Under the pieces are notes generated by a model that had not been told where the DNA came from, did not search any database, and worked only from the letters and a program-made list of their open reading frames with translations. Shown one piece after another: positions 1 to 12,103 of a stretch of DNA of 64,000 bases (the stretch's first letter is position 1; each line of letters begins with the position of its first letter). The translations under genes and the position numbers were made by a program. The stretch comes from Schmidtea nova (Eukaryota). The DNA lies in NCBI GenBank assembly GCA_044892505.1, contig CM097883.1:266104001-266168000 (forward strand), read 5' to 3'.

Positions 1-1278
1 TCCAATGCTCGATGAAGAAGGATTGCTCAGGAGTAACAGTCGAATTATAAATGCACAGTTCATGACATTAGAAGCAAGGTACCCGATAATATTAAGTGCA
101 AAACGATGGGTGACTAGACTGATAATAAGAAAATATCATCAAGACAGAGATCACTGTGCCGGAACAAATCATTTATTAAGCGATCTGCAGGAAAGGTTTT
201 GGATAACGCAACCTAAATGAGAAATCAAGAAGGTGGAATTTGAATGCCTAATCTGTAAAAAGAGACGAGCTTCTGGACGGTCCCAGAAGATGGCTCCACT
301 ACCTTCATTTCGATTGACGGAACCATTTAGACCATTTGGAAAAGTGGGGGTTGATTTTGCGGGCCCATTCTTAACAATCCAGGGCCGAGGAAAAGCGAGG
401 CTAAAGAGATATGTGTGTTTGTTTACATGTTTACAAACTAGAGCAGTGCATCTGGAATTAGTGTACGAACTAACAACGGATTCATTCATACAAGCTTTAA
501 TAAGATTCATTGGGCGACGAGGAAAACCAGGGTTGATGTTATCAGACAACGGTACTAATTTCGTGGGAACAACGGGGAATTGAAAGATGTGATACTCGAT
601 GGTTATAAGATAACGAAGGAGTTGACAGCTCGGGAGATAAGATGGGTGTTTAATCCGCCAGCCGGGCCCCATTTCGGAGGGGTTTATGAAGCGTTAATAA
701 AATCGATGAAAAGAGCTATGTCAGCAATAGTGGGTAATGCAGATATTACAGATGAAGAGATGCTGACAGTAGTAGCATGGATTGAAGGATTTTTAAATGC
801 CAGACCGTTGACGACAAAAGGGGATGATGAAAAAGGACTTGAAGTACTGACACCTAACCATTTTTTAATGCCCAGATGGTCAGAAATCGAGGCTAATGAA
901 ATAGAAACTAATAAGAAAATTAATATTCAGCGACGATGGAAAAGGACGGTAGAGTTAACCAATCAAGTATGGAATAGATGGAAAAGAGAACTTGTGCCGA
1001 TATGGATAAGCAGAGCCAAGTGGAGATCAGATCAAGAAGAGTTAACAGCAGGTCAGTTAGTGTGGACTTTAGATAAAGAAAGCGAAAGTGTTGGAGAATG
1101 GCCATTGGGGAAGATCACAGAGTTAATGATGAGAAGCGATGGACGGACACGGGTAGTAAAGATGTGGAGTAAAGGGAAAGAGGTGATCCGCCCAATATCT
1201 CAGCTTTGCCCCTTGGAAGTAGAAGCAGAGAAGCAAGAAAATTTTAAAGAAAAAAGGGGGTTGGCGGAAAAGGAGTAA
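1..1278 (+). mobile_element. BEL/Pao LTR retrotransposon, 3' part of pol (integrase), disrupted by a stop and a frameshift
   Basis: ORFs 5-220, 233-583 and 580-1278 give H..H/CxxC zinc motif, VGVDFAGP, LSDNGTNF, FNPPAGPHFGGVYE and VIRPISQLCPLE, typical of BEL/Pao integrase. Confidence 0.92.
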
Positions 1279-1301
1279 ACAAGGAGAGTTGACGAGGAGT
1301 C

Positions 1302-1313
1302 AAAAGGGGGGAA
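1302..1313 (+). other. Polypurine tract of first BEL element
   Basis: AAAAGGGGGGAA directly after pol and directly before TGTT. Confidence 0.8.
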
Positions 1314-1541
1314 TGTTCGTCTGTGTGCGCAGTAGTTTAATTTTGGAGGAGATGTATATTTTGTAGTCTGTGTGCGCAATTGTGTTTTTGGTAATATTAA
1401 CAATTTGTATCGCGTATGTGTGCATTCGAGGTGGTGAGGGAATTTTATTGATTCAGTTTGGTAATTTTGATTTATCTTTTTATTTAGATTTTGATTTTTA
1501 TTGATTCAGTTTGTCTGTTTGTTTGTTGTTTAAATATTCTA

Positions 1542-1663
1542 AATTTTGGAAGTTTCGATTTAGAATTTGGATTAATTTTGGAAGTTTCGATTTAGAATTT
1601 GGATTAATTTTGGAAGTTTCGATTTAGAATTTGGATTAATTTCGGAAGTTTCGATTTAGAATT
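1542..1663. repeat. 32-bp tandem repeat, ~3.8 copies
   Basis: AATTTTGGAAGTTTCGATTTAGAATTTGGATT starting at 1542, 1574, 1606 and 1638. Confidence 0.95.
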
Positions 1664-1664
1664 T

Positions 1665-2261
1665 ATGGATCAAATTATGTCAATGGATAGGCCGACAAGA
1701 AAAGCTAAAGATGATGCAAATTCTAAAATAATAATCACTGACAACACAAATAATTATCAGCATTCAATACAGAATAATAATGTTAATAACGCTACGCATA
1801 TGCAAGGAAGTTCAGAGAATCATTACAACAATTATTTCAATGACAGCAATAGTGATGTTATGTCGATGAATATTGATGCTAATTATGCTAATTTCAATAT
1901 GCCAATGAATATGAATGCAGATTACAGGCCAGATGGATTCGCTAAAGCCTTGTTAGTTACTCCCAAGCAGGTGGCTGTCAATGCTGCCTTGGATTCTACT
2001 GAAATGGTTTCTAAATTGCGTGCTTTGCATCAGTCTAGCCAACAATTTCCGGATCTAGCACATTTCAAATGGTATGGATTAGATTTGACTAACTTCAATG
2101 TATCAGACAACAAAGAAGCTGGAATTTTCGAACCTTCGATGTCGAGAATTAAATCATGGAAATTTGCCACTGAGGCTGCCATCACAATTCTAAGAATCGA
2201 TGACATTGCAAAATTAGATAACTTTAATTGTGACCGTTCTATTCTCGAAACTTTATTATGA
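1665..2261 (+). CDS. Hypothetical Asn-rich 198-aa ORF in or after the LTR
   Basis: ATG-initiated open frame; no recognisable domain. Confidence 0.3.
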   Translation: MDQIMSMDRPTRKAKDDANSKIIITDNTNNYQHSIQNNNVNNATHMQGSSENHYNNYFNDSNSDVMSMNIDANYANFNMPMNMNADYRPDGFAKALLVTPKQVAVNAALDSTEMVSKLRALHQSSQQFPDLAHFKWYGLDLTNFNVSDNKEAGIFEPSMSRIKSWKFATEAAITILRIDDIAKLDNFNCDRSILETLL

Positions 2262-2660
2262 CGATGAGCCTTCAGTTCCGGCGACACACAATGCTGTTCA
2301 TTTTGTTATAGAGACGAATAAAGATTCTTACTTGGCNNNNNNNNNNNNNNNNNNNNNNNNNNNNNNNNNNNNNNNNNNNNNNNNNNNNNNNNNNNNNNNN
2401 NNNNNNNNNNNNNNNNNNNNNNNNNNNNNNNNNNNNNNNNNNNNNNNNNNNNNNNNNNNNNNNNNNNNNNNNNNNNNNNNNNNNNNNNNNNNNNNNNNNN
2501 NNNNNNNNNNNNNNNNNNNNNNNNNNNNNNNNNNNNNNNNNNNNNNNNNNNNNNNNNNNNNNNNNNNNNNNNNNNNNNNNNNNNNNNNNNNNNNNNNNNN
2601 NNNNGCAGCATTAAGTATTAAATTAATTAATAAATACGTAACAAAATAAGCCTTTGCTGC

Positions 2661-2719
2661 AAAAATAATTTTATTAAGTGAGAAAATTTTCGATTATCAA
2701 ATAATCCTCGTCAATCTCT
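2661..2719 (-). ncRNA. Inverted copy of the candidate hammerhead ribozyme
   Basis: Reverse complement of 5194-5252. Confidence 0.55.
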
Positions 2720-3157
2720 AATTCGGCAAATAACTGGTATCTTCATTCATTCTGTTGTTTCTTTTTTCGTGATTTCTCTTCCTTTTCATTGGATGTTAAT
2801 CTGATTAATAAATTTTTTAAATTCTTAATTGTTTTTTAAATGTTTATTTTGTTAAAAATTTTAAAATATAAAATAAAAACTCCAAACTTTTTAAAATTTT
2901 TTTCTAAATTTCTTTTCGAATAAATAGATTTATCTTTTTTTAAATTTTAAATTTTTTAAATTTTTATTGCCTGCATTCTACATTTTTAATTTTCTAACCC
3001 TTAATATTTGATTTTATTTTTTTATAATTTTACAATTTAATTATATTATATCTCTTTGAAAAGCCCATAAATTCTTTGTACTATCACTTTTCTTTCTCCA
3101 TTTATTTATATCTTCCTTTTACTTTCATACTTTCTTATTTGTAGAACCAATGTTTTT

Positions 3158-3499
3158 TTAACAAGATAGTAAGTGGGCGATTTCGCTAATTTCCTCTTTA
3201 GAGTTAATTTTTGGGTGTTTTTCTCTAATGAGAATAGCTTCTTTAAGTCTGAGATTTTTTTCGTCTTTTTCGTTTGTCAATATTCTCACTGATATTAATT
3301 TTTCCTTATTTTCTGTCTGACATTGGTGGAGATGTCTATATACAGATGACTTTCCCCCAGGATCACGATGTTCTTTAATTCTCTGATGCAAAGTCCGAAT
3401 GGTGCTTCCGATGTAAATTTCTTTGCATTTATTACACATGATGCTATAGACAATGTTCTTACGAAAGCATAATTTCTTTGGTGTTTGGCAATTTTCCAT
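3158..3499 (-). pseudogene. Inverted duplicate of the Penelope GIY-YIG domain
   Basis: Near-identical to the C-terminus of the 3562-4752 ORF (two amino acid differences). Confidence 0.9.
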
Positions 3500-3561
3500 C
3501 TTACATGTATTTTCCTTTCTCGTGTTGTTAGCTAGAGCTTGCCTTAATGTCTTAGATCTAT

Positions 3562-4752
3562 GTGCCTAAAGATGCTATAAATTGTTTAGAAAGAAAGTTA
3601 CAAAAATGTAAACCTACAATAAATGAGATGCAGACAGAGGACATGATTGAACTTCTAACTGTAATTCTCGCAAACACCTACTTTACATTTGAACAGAGAG
3701 TGTACCGGCAAGTAAGAGGCCTGCCAATGGGCTCTAGTATTTCAGCCATACTAGCGATTATATTCATGGGCTATCTCGAACAGCAAACACTGATAACCAT
3801 AAATACCATTGGTATATACGCACGATATGTAGACGATATTTTTATCACGACAAATAGCAAAATGGAAGCTGAAGAAATATTTCGTATCTTCAACGCGGCA
3901 CACAATGACATAAAATTCGAGATTGAAAACCCGAAAGAAGACGGATCCCTCGAACTACTGAATCTGAGAATAAAAATCAACTCAGACACACCAGCATATG
4001 GGTTCTACAGAAAATCAGCCCGAAAAGAAATATTTATGCACCAAAGATCAGCACTTCCTCATCTGCAGAAGGTAAACGTCATTAGAAATGAGAGACAAAG
4101 GATAGCTAATCGATGCACAAAGGAAGAGGAAAATTCAGTACAACAAAGAATATTTACAGAAGTCCTGCATCGTAATGGATACCATAATATTAACGAGATC
4201 AACAAAGTAAAATTCAAACAGAGAAGGCAGAAAGACCTACAAAAAGAAAAGAAATTTTTCTACCTTCGAATTCCTTTCATCAGTGACCGAATAAATTTCA
4301 TGATCATCAAAGAACTTAATATCATTGACCTTCCGATTCGTTTGGCACATAGATCTAAGACATTAAGGCAAGCTCTAGCTAACAACACGAGAAAGGAAAA
4401 TACATGTAAGATGGAAAATTGCCAAACACCAAAGAAATTATGCTTTCGTAAGAACATTGTCTATAGCATCATGTGTAATAAATGCAAAGAAATTTACATC
4501 GGAAGCACCCTTCGGACTTTGCATCAGAGAATTAAAGAACATCTTGATCCTGGGGGAAAGTCATCTGTATATAGACATCTCCACCAATGTCAGACAGAAA
4601 ATAAGGAAAAATTAATATCAGTGAGAATATTGACAAACGAAAAAGACGAAAAAAATCTCAGACTTAAAGAAGCTATTCTCATTAGAGAAAAACACCCAAA
4701 AATTAACTCTAAAGAGGAAATTAGCGAAATCGCCCACTTACTATCTTGTTAA
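3562..4752 (+). CDS. Penelope RT (C-terminal part) + GIY-YIG endonuclease
   Basis: GLPMGSSISAILA and YARYVDDIF (RT); NIVYSIMCNKCKEIYIGST..R..EH (GIY-YIG with the PLE CxxC insert). Confidence 0.92.
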   Translation: MPKDAINCLERKLQKCKPTINEMQTEDMIELLTVILANTYFTFEQRVYRQVRGLPMGSSISAILAIIFMGYLEQQTLITINTIGIYARYVDDIFITTNSKMEAEEIFRIFNAAHNDIKFEIENPKEDGSLELLNLRIKINSDTPAYGFYRKSARKEIFMHQRSALPHLQKVNVIRNERQRIANRCTKEEENSVQQRIFTEVLHRNGYHNINEINKVKFKQRRQKDLQKEKKFFYLRIPFISDRINFMIIKELNIIDLPIRLAHRSKTLRQALANNTRKENTCKMENCQTPKKLCFRKNIVYSIMCNKCKEIYIGSTLRTLHQRIKEHLDPGGKSSVYRHLHQCQTENKEKLISVRILTNEKDEKNLRLKEAILIREKHPKINSKEEISEIAHLLSC

Positions 4753-5193
4753 AAAAACATGTGGTTCTACAAATAAGAAAGTATGAAAGTAAAAGGAAGA
4801 TATAAATAAATGGAGAAAGAAAAGTGATAGTACAAAGAATTTATGGGCTTTTCAAAGAGATATAATATAATTAAATTGTAAAATTATAAAAAAATAAAAT
4901 CAAATATTAAGGGTTAGAAAATTAAAAATGTAGAATGCAGGCAATAAAAATTTAAAAAATTTAAAATTTAAAAAAAAGGATAAATCTATTTATTCGAAAA
5001 GAAATTTAGAAAAAAATTTTAAAAAGTTTGGAGTTTTTATTTTATATTTTAAAATTTTTAACAAAATAAACATTTAAAAAACAATTAAGAATTTAAAAAA
5101 TTTATTAATCAGATTAACATCCAATGAAAAGGAAGAGAAATCACGAAAAAAGAAACAACAGAATGAATGAAGATACCAGTTATTTGCCGAATT

Positions 5194-5252
5194 AGAGATT
5201 GACGAGGATTATTTGATAATCGAAAATTTTCTCACTTAATAAAATTATTTTT
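5194..5252 (+). ncRNA. Candidate minimal type I hammerhead ribozyme (U3 core variant)
   Basis: AGAGA-TTGACGA-G-GATTAT/ATAATC-GAA-AATTTT/AAAATT-A-TTTTT; PLE 3' repeats are known to carry minimal hammerheads. Confidence 0.55.
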
Positions 5253-5497
5253 GCAGCAAAGGCTTATTNNNNNNNNNNNNNNNNNNNNNNNNNNNNNNNN
5301 NNNNNNNNNNNNNNNNNNNNNNNNNNNNNNNNNNNNNNNNNNNNNNNNNNNNNNNNNNNNNNNNNNNNNNNNNNNNNNNNNNNNNNNNNNNNNNNNNNNN
5401 NNNNNNNNNNNNNNNNNNNNNNNNNNNNNNNNNNNNNNNNNNNNNNNNNNNNNNNNNNNNNNNNNNNNNNNNNNNNNNNNNNNNNNNNNNNNNNNNN

Positions 5498-6247
5498 AAG
5501 TATGTTAGCTCAGAAAATGAACTTGCTTCTATCTGAGCCTATGCATGTGCGTTTTGGTTTGTAGATGTTTGTCGCGTCTGTGTGCGTGTGGTTTCTTTTC
5601 TTGTCGGATCCGCGTCTGTGTGCGCATTATCATGTTCATGGTTATCGCGTCTGTGTGCACGTTTTGTTGGGACTTTTATTTGAGGTTTGGAATAAATTGA
5701 TTGAGAAATAAAATCGTGGAGTTTAAAAATCTGGTTGTTTTATCGTGTGATTTGTTGGATAAAATTGAATTTCGGGGAGTTTTGAAATCTTTGCTGAGTA
5801 ATTCTTTGTGATTGATTTGAATTTTCTGAAATGACATCAAGCTTGATCTTATTACATTTTAATTATGTTGGCAACGTTCTCACACAAAAAGACTCTAATT
5901 CGATAGTTGACATTCAAACTGAAGACGATGCTTTGGAAACGAAAGAGTGTATTTCTTTAGATTGTGAAAATAATATTATTTCCTCAAGAGATATCAAACT
6001 TACTTATCAATTTAAAAAAGTTAATTGTGATTCAAGGTCAATTTTAAAATCGAGAATTCAAACAGCTGCCTTAAGTCAACAATCCAATGCTTCTTTTGAT
6101 GATTTCAAGTTAAATAGTGATATCATTGACAGTATATTTGCTGAGACAATAAAGAATTTATTGATGCTTCTTTTGATCGTTACAAAAATGACAGTATGTT
6201 GACTGATGAAATAAAAGGTTTATTAAAAATGGTCTTGGCTCGATTCA
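5498..6247 (+). repeat. 5' LTR of second BEL element (start lies in gap)
   Basis: Ends ...GGCTCGATTCA before the PBS; roughly 90% similar by eye to the joined 3' LTR halves. Confidence 0.9.
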
Positions 6248-6251
6248 AAAA

Positions 6252-6270
6252 TGGTAGCAGAGCGTGGTTT
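6252..6270 (+). other. Primer-binding site complementary to initiator tRNA-Met 3' end
   Basis: TGGTAGCAGAGCGTGGTTT is the reverse complement of ...AAACCACGCTCTGCTACCA. Confidence 0.8.
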
Positions 6271-6695
6271 CCATCGGTGAGCCACGCACATCTGGGGATC
6301 CGTATTACGTAGCTCTGGCTAGCCAGTCAGCGCAAGGTATGGATTTATATAATTGTAAATTTATTTTTTATAAAGAATGTTTGTTGTGTAAAGGTATAAA
6401 ATACTATTGTATGAATATGTATAAAATACTATTGTATGTTTTGCCCGAAACATTTCCCCTTAAATATCTCTAAACATTTACCTTTTTTGAGCAGAAAAGG
6501 TTAAGGGAGCTAGATGTGATTATCGCGGGTTTCTCGGATTTGACCTTTGAGGGTGATTTACATGACACGACTGAATTAAATTTTGATTTTTACCATGGTC
6601 GAGGGATTGAGGCTGTGGACGAAGGAAGTGTCCGGGTCATGCGTTGTGTTGGGAGGGAATGTGTATCCTGTGAGGTAGGGAAGGTAAAACGAAAA

Positions 6696-6913
6696 TCACA
6701 AATTTTCATAAAAACATTAGTAGGAAAGTTAAATACAATTGAAGTTAGCCTGTCAGATTTAAAAGAGAATGTGTCAAGTTTAAGGTACAAGAGAGAGAGG
6801 GAATTCCACCGAGTCACAAACGTTTACTCTTTGATGGGAAACAATTGCAAGATGGTTGTAAATTGTCTAACTATAATTTAACGTTACATTTAACGTTGGG
6901 GTTGAATGAAGGA
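6696..6913 (+). pseudogene. Ubiquitin-like domain at the N-terminus of BEL gag (frameshifted)
   Basis: [26 protein letters not shown] / [46 protein letters not shown] aligns to ubiquitin. Confidence 0.88.
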
Positions 6914-9900
6914 AGTCCTGTAACCGATGCCGAATTTGAAGCTGGATATAAAAAGCGAACAGGATTAAAAATAGCGTTAGGACGACTCCGTAATAAGGCG
7001 CTAGCTGATTCAGTTGATTCCACTGAAGAACAAAATTGAAGAAAAGCGTATGACGGTAAGTATGAAGAAGTGGTGACAGAATTAGAAAAGCTAAAGAAGC
7101 AAGCTCGGGAATTAAAAAGAGAGTGAGCTGAAGGAGATTCAGTAGGATCTAGACTATTTGGAGATGGAGTTTGATAGAATAGGGGAACTAGCTTTCACAA
7201 AGAAGGAAGAGAGCTTTTCAGTGGAAGCTATCAAAAGTCGGGAACAGTCTGTCCTAAACGAAAGTGCAAAGAAGAGGCCGAGTTTGTTAGGGGGATTGAA
7301 GCTCTTACAGCTTCCAGTATTTAATGGGAATGTAATAGAGTATTCTGGATGGCGAGCAATTGTGAGAGCTTGCATCGAGTACACAGATGAAACAAGTGAA
7401 AGGAAATACCTGTACTAAAGACAGTATTTGGAAAGGAAACCTCTGCAATTAATTGCTTATATCGGATATGGCTCTCAGGCTTTTGAAGCGGCAATAAAAC
7501 TATTGGATGAGAGACCAGAGCGATTATATTCAATGATGCGGGACGCGGTGAAGAAGTTCTTTCCAATAAGGCTTAATGTATTGGAAGACCTAGAACGGTT
7601 TGAAGAGCTACTGGGAAATATCATCTTGACGTTCAAGGACCAAAAGAGAGGAGAGTTAAACGATGGAATCCTGTATCACCAACTGTTGAAAAAGTTACCG
7701 GAAACCATGTTAATACAGTGGGCACTCAATTTTGAGTCAGGAAAGGAGGCATATGTACAGATTTTAGCGGAATTGGTCAAAAAAGAAGCTGACAGGCATC
7801 GCAAAGCATTGTACATACTGTTTGGAGAGCGAAATATAGGAAGTAGAAAATAAGTTGAAAATAGGATGAAGGTCACAAATTTTGTGGATAAATATCCAAA
7901 GGTAGAAGCTGGTGGAGAACGAATAACGACACTAAGAAATGCAAAAGAGAACATTATTTAAACCGATGTCCAGATTTTTGAAAGTATGATGCGAAAGAGA
8001 GTCATGAGTTTGCGACAAATAACGGGTTAAGTTTTAATTGTCTATCGGCAGGTCACATACTTAGAAACTGTGGAAGACCCAGTTTATGTAAAATTGAAAA
8101 CTGTAAGATAAAAGATCATTCTTTTTTACATAGCTCAGGGATAAAAATAAATGACAGTCAAAAGAAAGATGAGAATCAAAATATGTCAATGGTGACTTGT
8201 TACGCATATGTTACGTATGTATCATTGAGAACGATCCCAAATTAATTAATAAATGGAAGGAATTCCGAGTAAATGTATTACTTGACGATGCAAGTAATGT
8301 GAGTTACATTAGCAATTGGGTTGCACAGAAATTAGGGGTTGGGGAACAATGGGAAAATATTCTAGCTGGCGTGATTGGGGGAAAATCGGAAATTTAGGAA
8401 ATAAAGCCGATAGACGTGATGTTGGCAAGCAATAACAACAAAGTGAAAGTCAACTTTAAGGCCTTGGTTGTTAAAAGCGTCACGGGAGACTTAAAAGTAT
8501 GCAATTGGCAAAAGCTGACGTATAACTGGGAGCACCTAAAGGACATTCGATTCCAGATTTTTGGGAAAAGACTGCAAATAGATGTTTTAATTGGGGCAGA
8601 CTATCCACATCTGCACAGATTTATTCGAGAGGTAGGAAGGATGAGGGATGAGCCGGTTGTAAGACTGACGCATCTTCTATGGACATGTCTGGACAAGATA
8701 AACAGGAATTAAGCTCCATGACACTCCCATTGTGTCCAGAGTTATTTTTCAAAAACAGAGAGATTGGAAGATCAGATGCGGCAATTTTGGGAAATTGAGG
8801 AGACTCACATTGAAAAGAATCAGTTCAGCCAGAGTGAGGAAATATTATTGCAAAGGGTGATCGAAGGTGTGTCGTGCGAGGATGGAAGGTTCACGGTTAG
8901 ATTGTTAAGGAGGGAGAACAAGTATCAACTTCAAGATAATATAAAAATGGCTGAGAATTGTTTGAGGAGTCTGGACAACCGGTTGATAAAAGACACTGGG
9001 TTAAAAGAAAGATTCAAAGATGTGCTCAATGACTACGTGCGGAAAGGGTATATCAGGTTATTGGCAGAGAAGGAATTTTGTGAGACAAAGTGGTGGCTGC
9101 CACATTTTCCTGTGATAGAAATGGACAAGGAGACAACCAAAATTAGAATAGTCTTTGATGCTGCATCGAAAAATAATGATATTAATTTTAATGATGCTAT
9201 AGAGCAAGGGCCAAAGCTACAAAATGATTTATTTGAGATATTATTACGATTCAGAAAACATCCGGTGGCGATTGCTTGTAATATACAAAAAATGAATCTT
9301 CAGATAAATATGAATCCAGATGATAGAAAATATTTAAGATTTATATGGACTGACAATGGAAAAACTGAGGGATTTGAATTTGAGCGGCTAGTCTTCGGAC
9401 TAAATGTATCTCCGTTTCTGGCGCAGTTAGTCACCAGACGAAATGCTGAGAAATTTCGGGACAGGTTTCCGATGGCGGCACAAACAATAATAGAGTCTAC
9501 GTACATGGATGATACGATGGATTCTTTTCAATCGGTTGAGGAAGCGATCAGAATCAAGGATGAAATTATTAGTATTTGGAAAAATGCAGGAATGGTTACG
9601 AATAAATGGCTCACTAATAATGAAAAGGTATTAGAAACGATTCCTATGGAAAGGATATCAAAGCTCTTAAGTTTGAACGAGGAAAACAAAGTGGCAGTAA
9701 AAACCCTGGGACTGGTTTGGGTTGCGGCAGATGATAAATTTGGTTACGGTGTCAAAATACAAACTCAACAGTAGCTCTCGAAACGAGGATTTCTTAGTTG
9801 CTTAGCCAGAATCTTTGATCCTTTAGGATTAGCATGAAGTCTTCTAATTAGAGGTAAGTTGTTGATGCAAGTGATTTGGCTAGCTGGTACATAATGGGAT

Positions 9901-12100
9901 GATTTGGTGCCACCAGATCTTTTGAGAAAGGTTGAAAGTTGGTTGAAAGAATTTGCAATTTTGAATGAAATTAGATGCGAAAGATGTTTAATTGAAGACA
10001 AAAAGAATGAGTGGAAGATCCACATTTTCGTTGACGCTTCAAAATGCGCATACGGGGCCGTTGCTTACGTCAGACAGAGTCAAGTGAGAAGTGTGAGAAC
10101 TAACCTAATTGCAGCTAAATCCAGAGCAGTACCAATCAAGGTAGTGAGCATTCCACGACTGGAACTATTGGCAGCTGAATTGTGAGTGAAATTGTGACTA
10201 AAGGTATCACAATGTTTGAAGATAAATATGCAAGACATTACCTTCTGGAAGGATAGTGAAGACGTTTTGTATTGGATAACGCAATTAGGGCGTAATTGCA
10301 AGGTATTTGTTGCGAAGAGAATCGAGGAAATTCAACGATCAACGAGAAGATCACAGTGGAGGTATGTGCCAACGAAAGAAAACGTCGTAGTCTTGCTATC
10401 AAGAGGAATGAGCGCAGAAGAACGTAGAGATTACAAGGTGTGGTTTGAATGACCAAGGTTTCTGCGGGGGGAGGAGGATTGTTGGCCAAAATGGAAAAAT
10501 AAGGGAGCGCAAGAGACTAAGAATCAGAGCTGGATACAGAGTTTTTTCCTTACTGCGACAAGAGATGATGTAGAGCCAGTTTGGAAAACCAGTTGCTTAG
10601 ACCCAAAGACCTACTTCAAATGGAGAAGACTGGTTCGTACAAGAGCTTGGCTGAACAGGTTCATTGAAAATATTAAACAAGAAAAAACAAAACGGCAAAA
10701 TGGGACACTTACAAGTGAAGAAATTGAAGATGCGGAAGTCACATTGATTCACGAAGATCAAAACATTGAATTTTCTGAAGAATGGAAGGACATTCAGAGA
10801 GGTAAGTTTGTGTGATCGAGAAGCACACTAAAATCGTTTTGCCCCAAAATTTTGGATGACTGAATAATGCGGAGTGAGAGTCGTTTGGCAAATGCAACTT
10901 GGATGAATCCGGCGACGAAGTACCTGAGGATACTCTCAGGAAAAAGTTGGGTTGCTCGGTTAATAGTTTCAGAGATACACCAGTCATTGAAACACTACGG
11001 GAGAATGGAGTATTTGATGTCAAAAGTGAATGAAAGGTATTGGATTGTTGGTAGACAAAAATTGATTGAAAGGATAAGGAAAGAATGTGTGATTTGTCAA
11101 AAAGGGAGAGCAAATACAATGGAACAAATTATGGCGCCACTCCCTGGATTTGGAGTATATGAACCTCTGGAAGCATTTAAAAAGGTTGCGGTGGATTACA
11201 CAGGACCAATAACAACGGTCATAAGAGGCGTGGGAATCGAAGAGCGAAGCGGTATATTTGCTTATTTACCTGTCTCGTGACAAGAGCGGTGCATTAGGAG
11301 ATGTCGTACCATCAGGACACAGAGAGTTTTATCAGTGCATTCAAAAGATTCATTACACATCCTGGAACCCCCATTTTAATATTGTCTGACAACGGGAAGA
11401 ATTTTGTAGGAGCAGCAAGTGAAATTGAGAAAGTGAAGATCGATACACACTCAATCCAAAAAGGTCTCAAAAATGATATGATGAAATGGATTTTTAACCC
11501 TCCCAGCGCACCACACTTTGGAGAGTTTAACGAGATATTAGTTAAAGAAGCGAAAAAGGCCTTATAAGCTGTTGCTAGAGTTTCCGAGTTGACTGACGAG
11601 GAGCTGCAAACTGTCATTGCAGAGGCGGAAGATATGGTTAACAGTGGACCCCTGACAACTATGAGTGAGGATCCGGAAAAAGACTAAATACTGAAGCCGA
11701 ATCAATTAATCAAGCCCGGTTATAAAATATTTAGCGAGGAAGAAATATAACTTACATGAACGGGGACAAAAAAGCGATGGAAGATGATTCAGGATTTGAG
11801 CGAGAAGTTTTGGCGGCAATGGAGACAAGAAATTGTTCTTGGATGGAGGAATAGGAAGAAATGAGCAAAGGAAGGAAAAAGTTTAAAAACCGGAGATTTA
11901 GTCTGGTTATTGGAAGACGGATTATGTAAGAAATCATGGAAGCTTGGTCGAGTAGCGAAAGTCTGTCACGGAAAAGATGGACATGTGCAGGGGTTAAAGA
12001 TTCTTGGCAGGGGAACGGAGATATTGAGACCTATTTGCTAAGTTTGCCCTCTAGAGCTAAATTGGTCGGTTGATCCGCTAGAAGGGATCAAGGGAAGGGG
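6914..12100 (+). pseudogene. BEL gag-pol, many stops and frameshifts
   Basis: LPVFNGNVIEYSGW (BEL gag), CCHC knuckles near 8020-8130, LLDDAS (protease), YMDD (RT), IFVDASKCAYGAVAY (RNase H), VAVDYTGP and LSDNGKNF (integrase). Confidence 0.92.
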
Positions 12101-12102
12101 AA
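12081..12102 (+). other. Polypurine tract of second BEL element
   Basis: GAAGGGATCAAGGGAAGGGGAA followed by T-TGT. Confidence 0.8.
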
Positions 12103-12103
12103 T

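Larger units (their letters stand above)
1314..2336 (+). repeat. 3' LTR of first BEL element (right end lost in gap)
   Basis: Starts with TG right after the PPT and shares the CGTCTGTGTGCGC motif with the second BEL LTR; the end cannot be seen. Confidence 0.6.
2605..5268 (+). mobile_element. Penelope-like element, 5'-truncated, with an inverted copy of its 3' end
   Basis: RT + GIY-YIG ORF; 2645-3566 is the reverse complement of 4344-5268. Confidence 0.92.
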
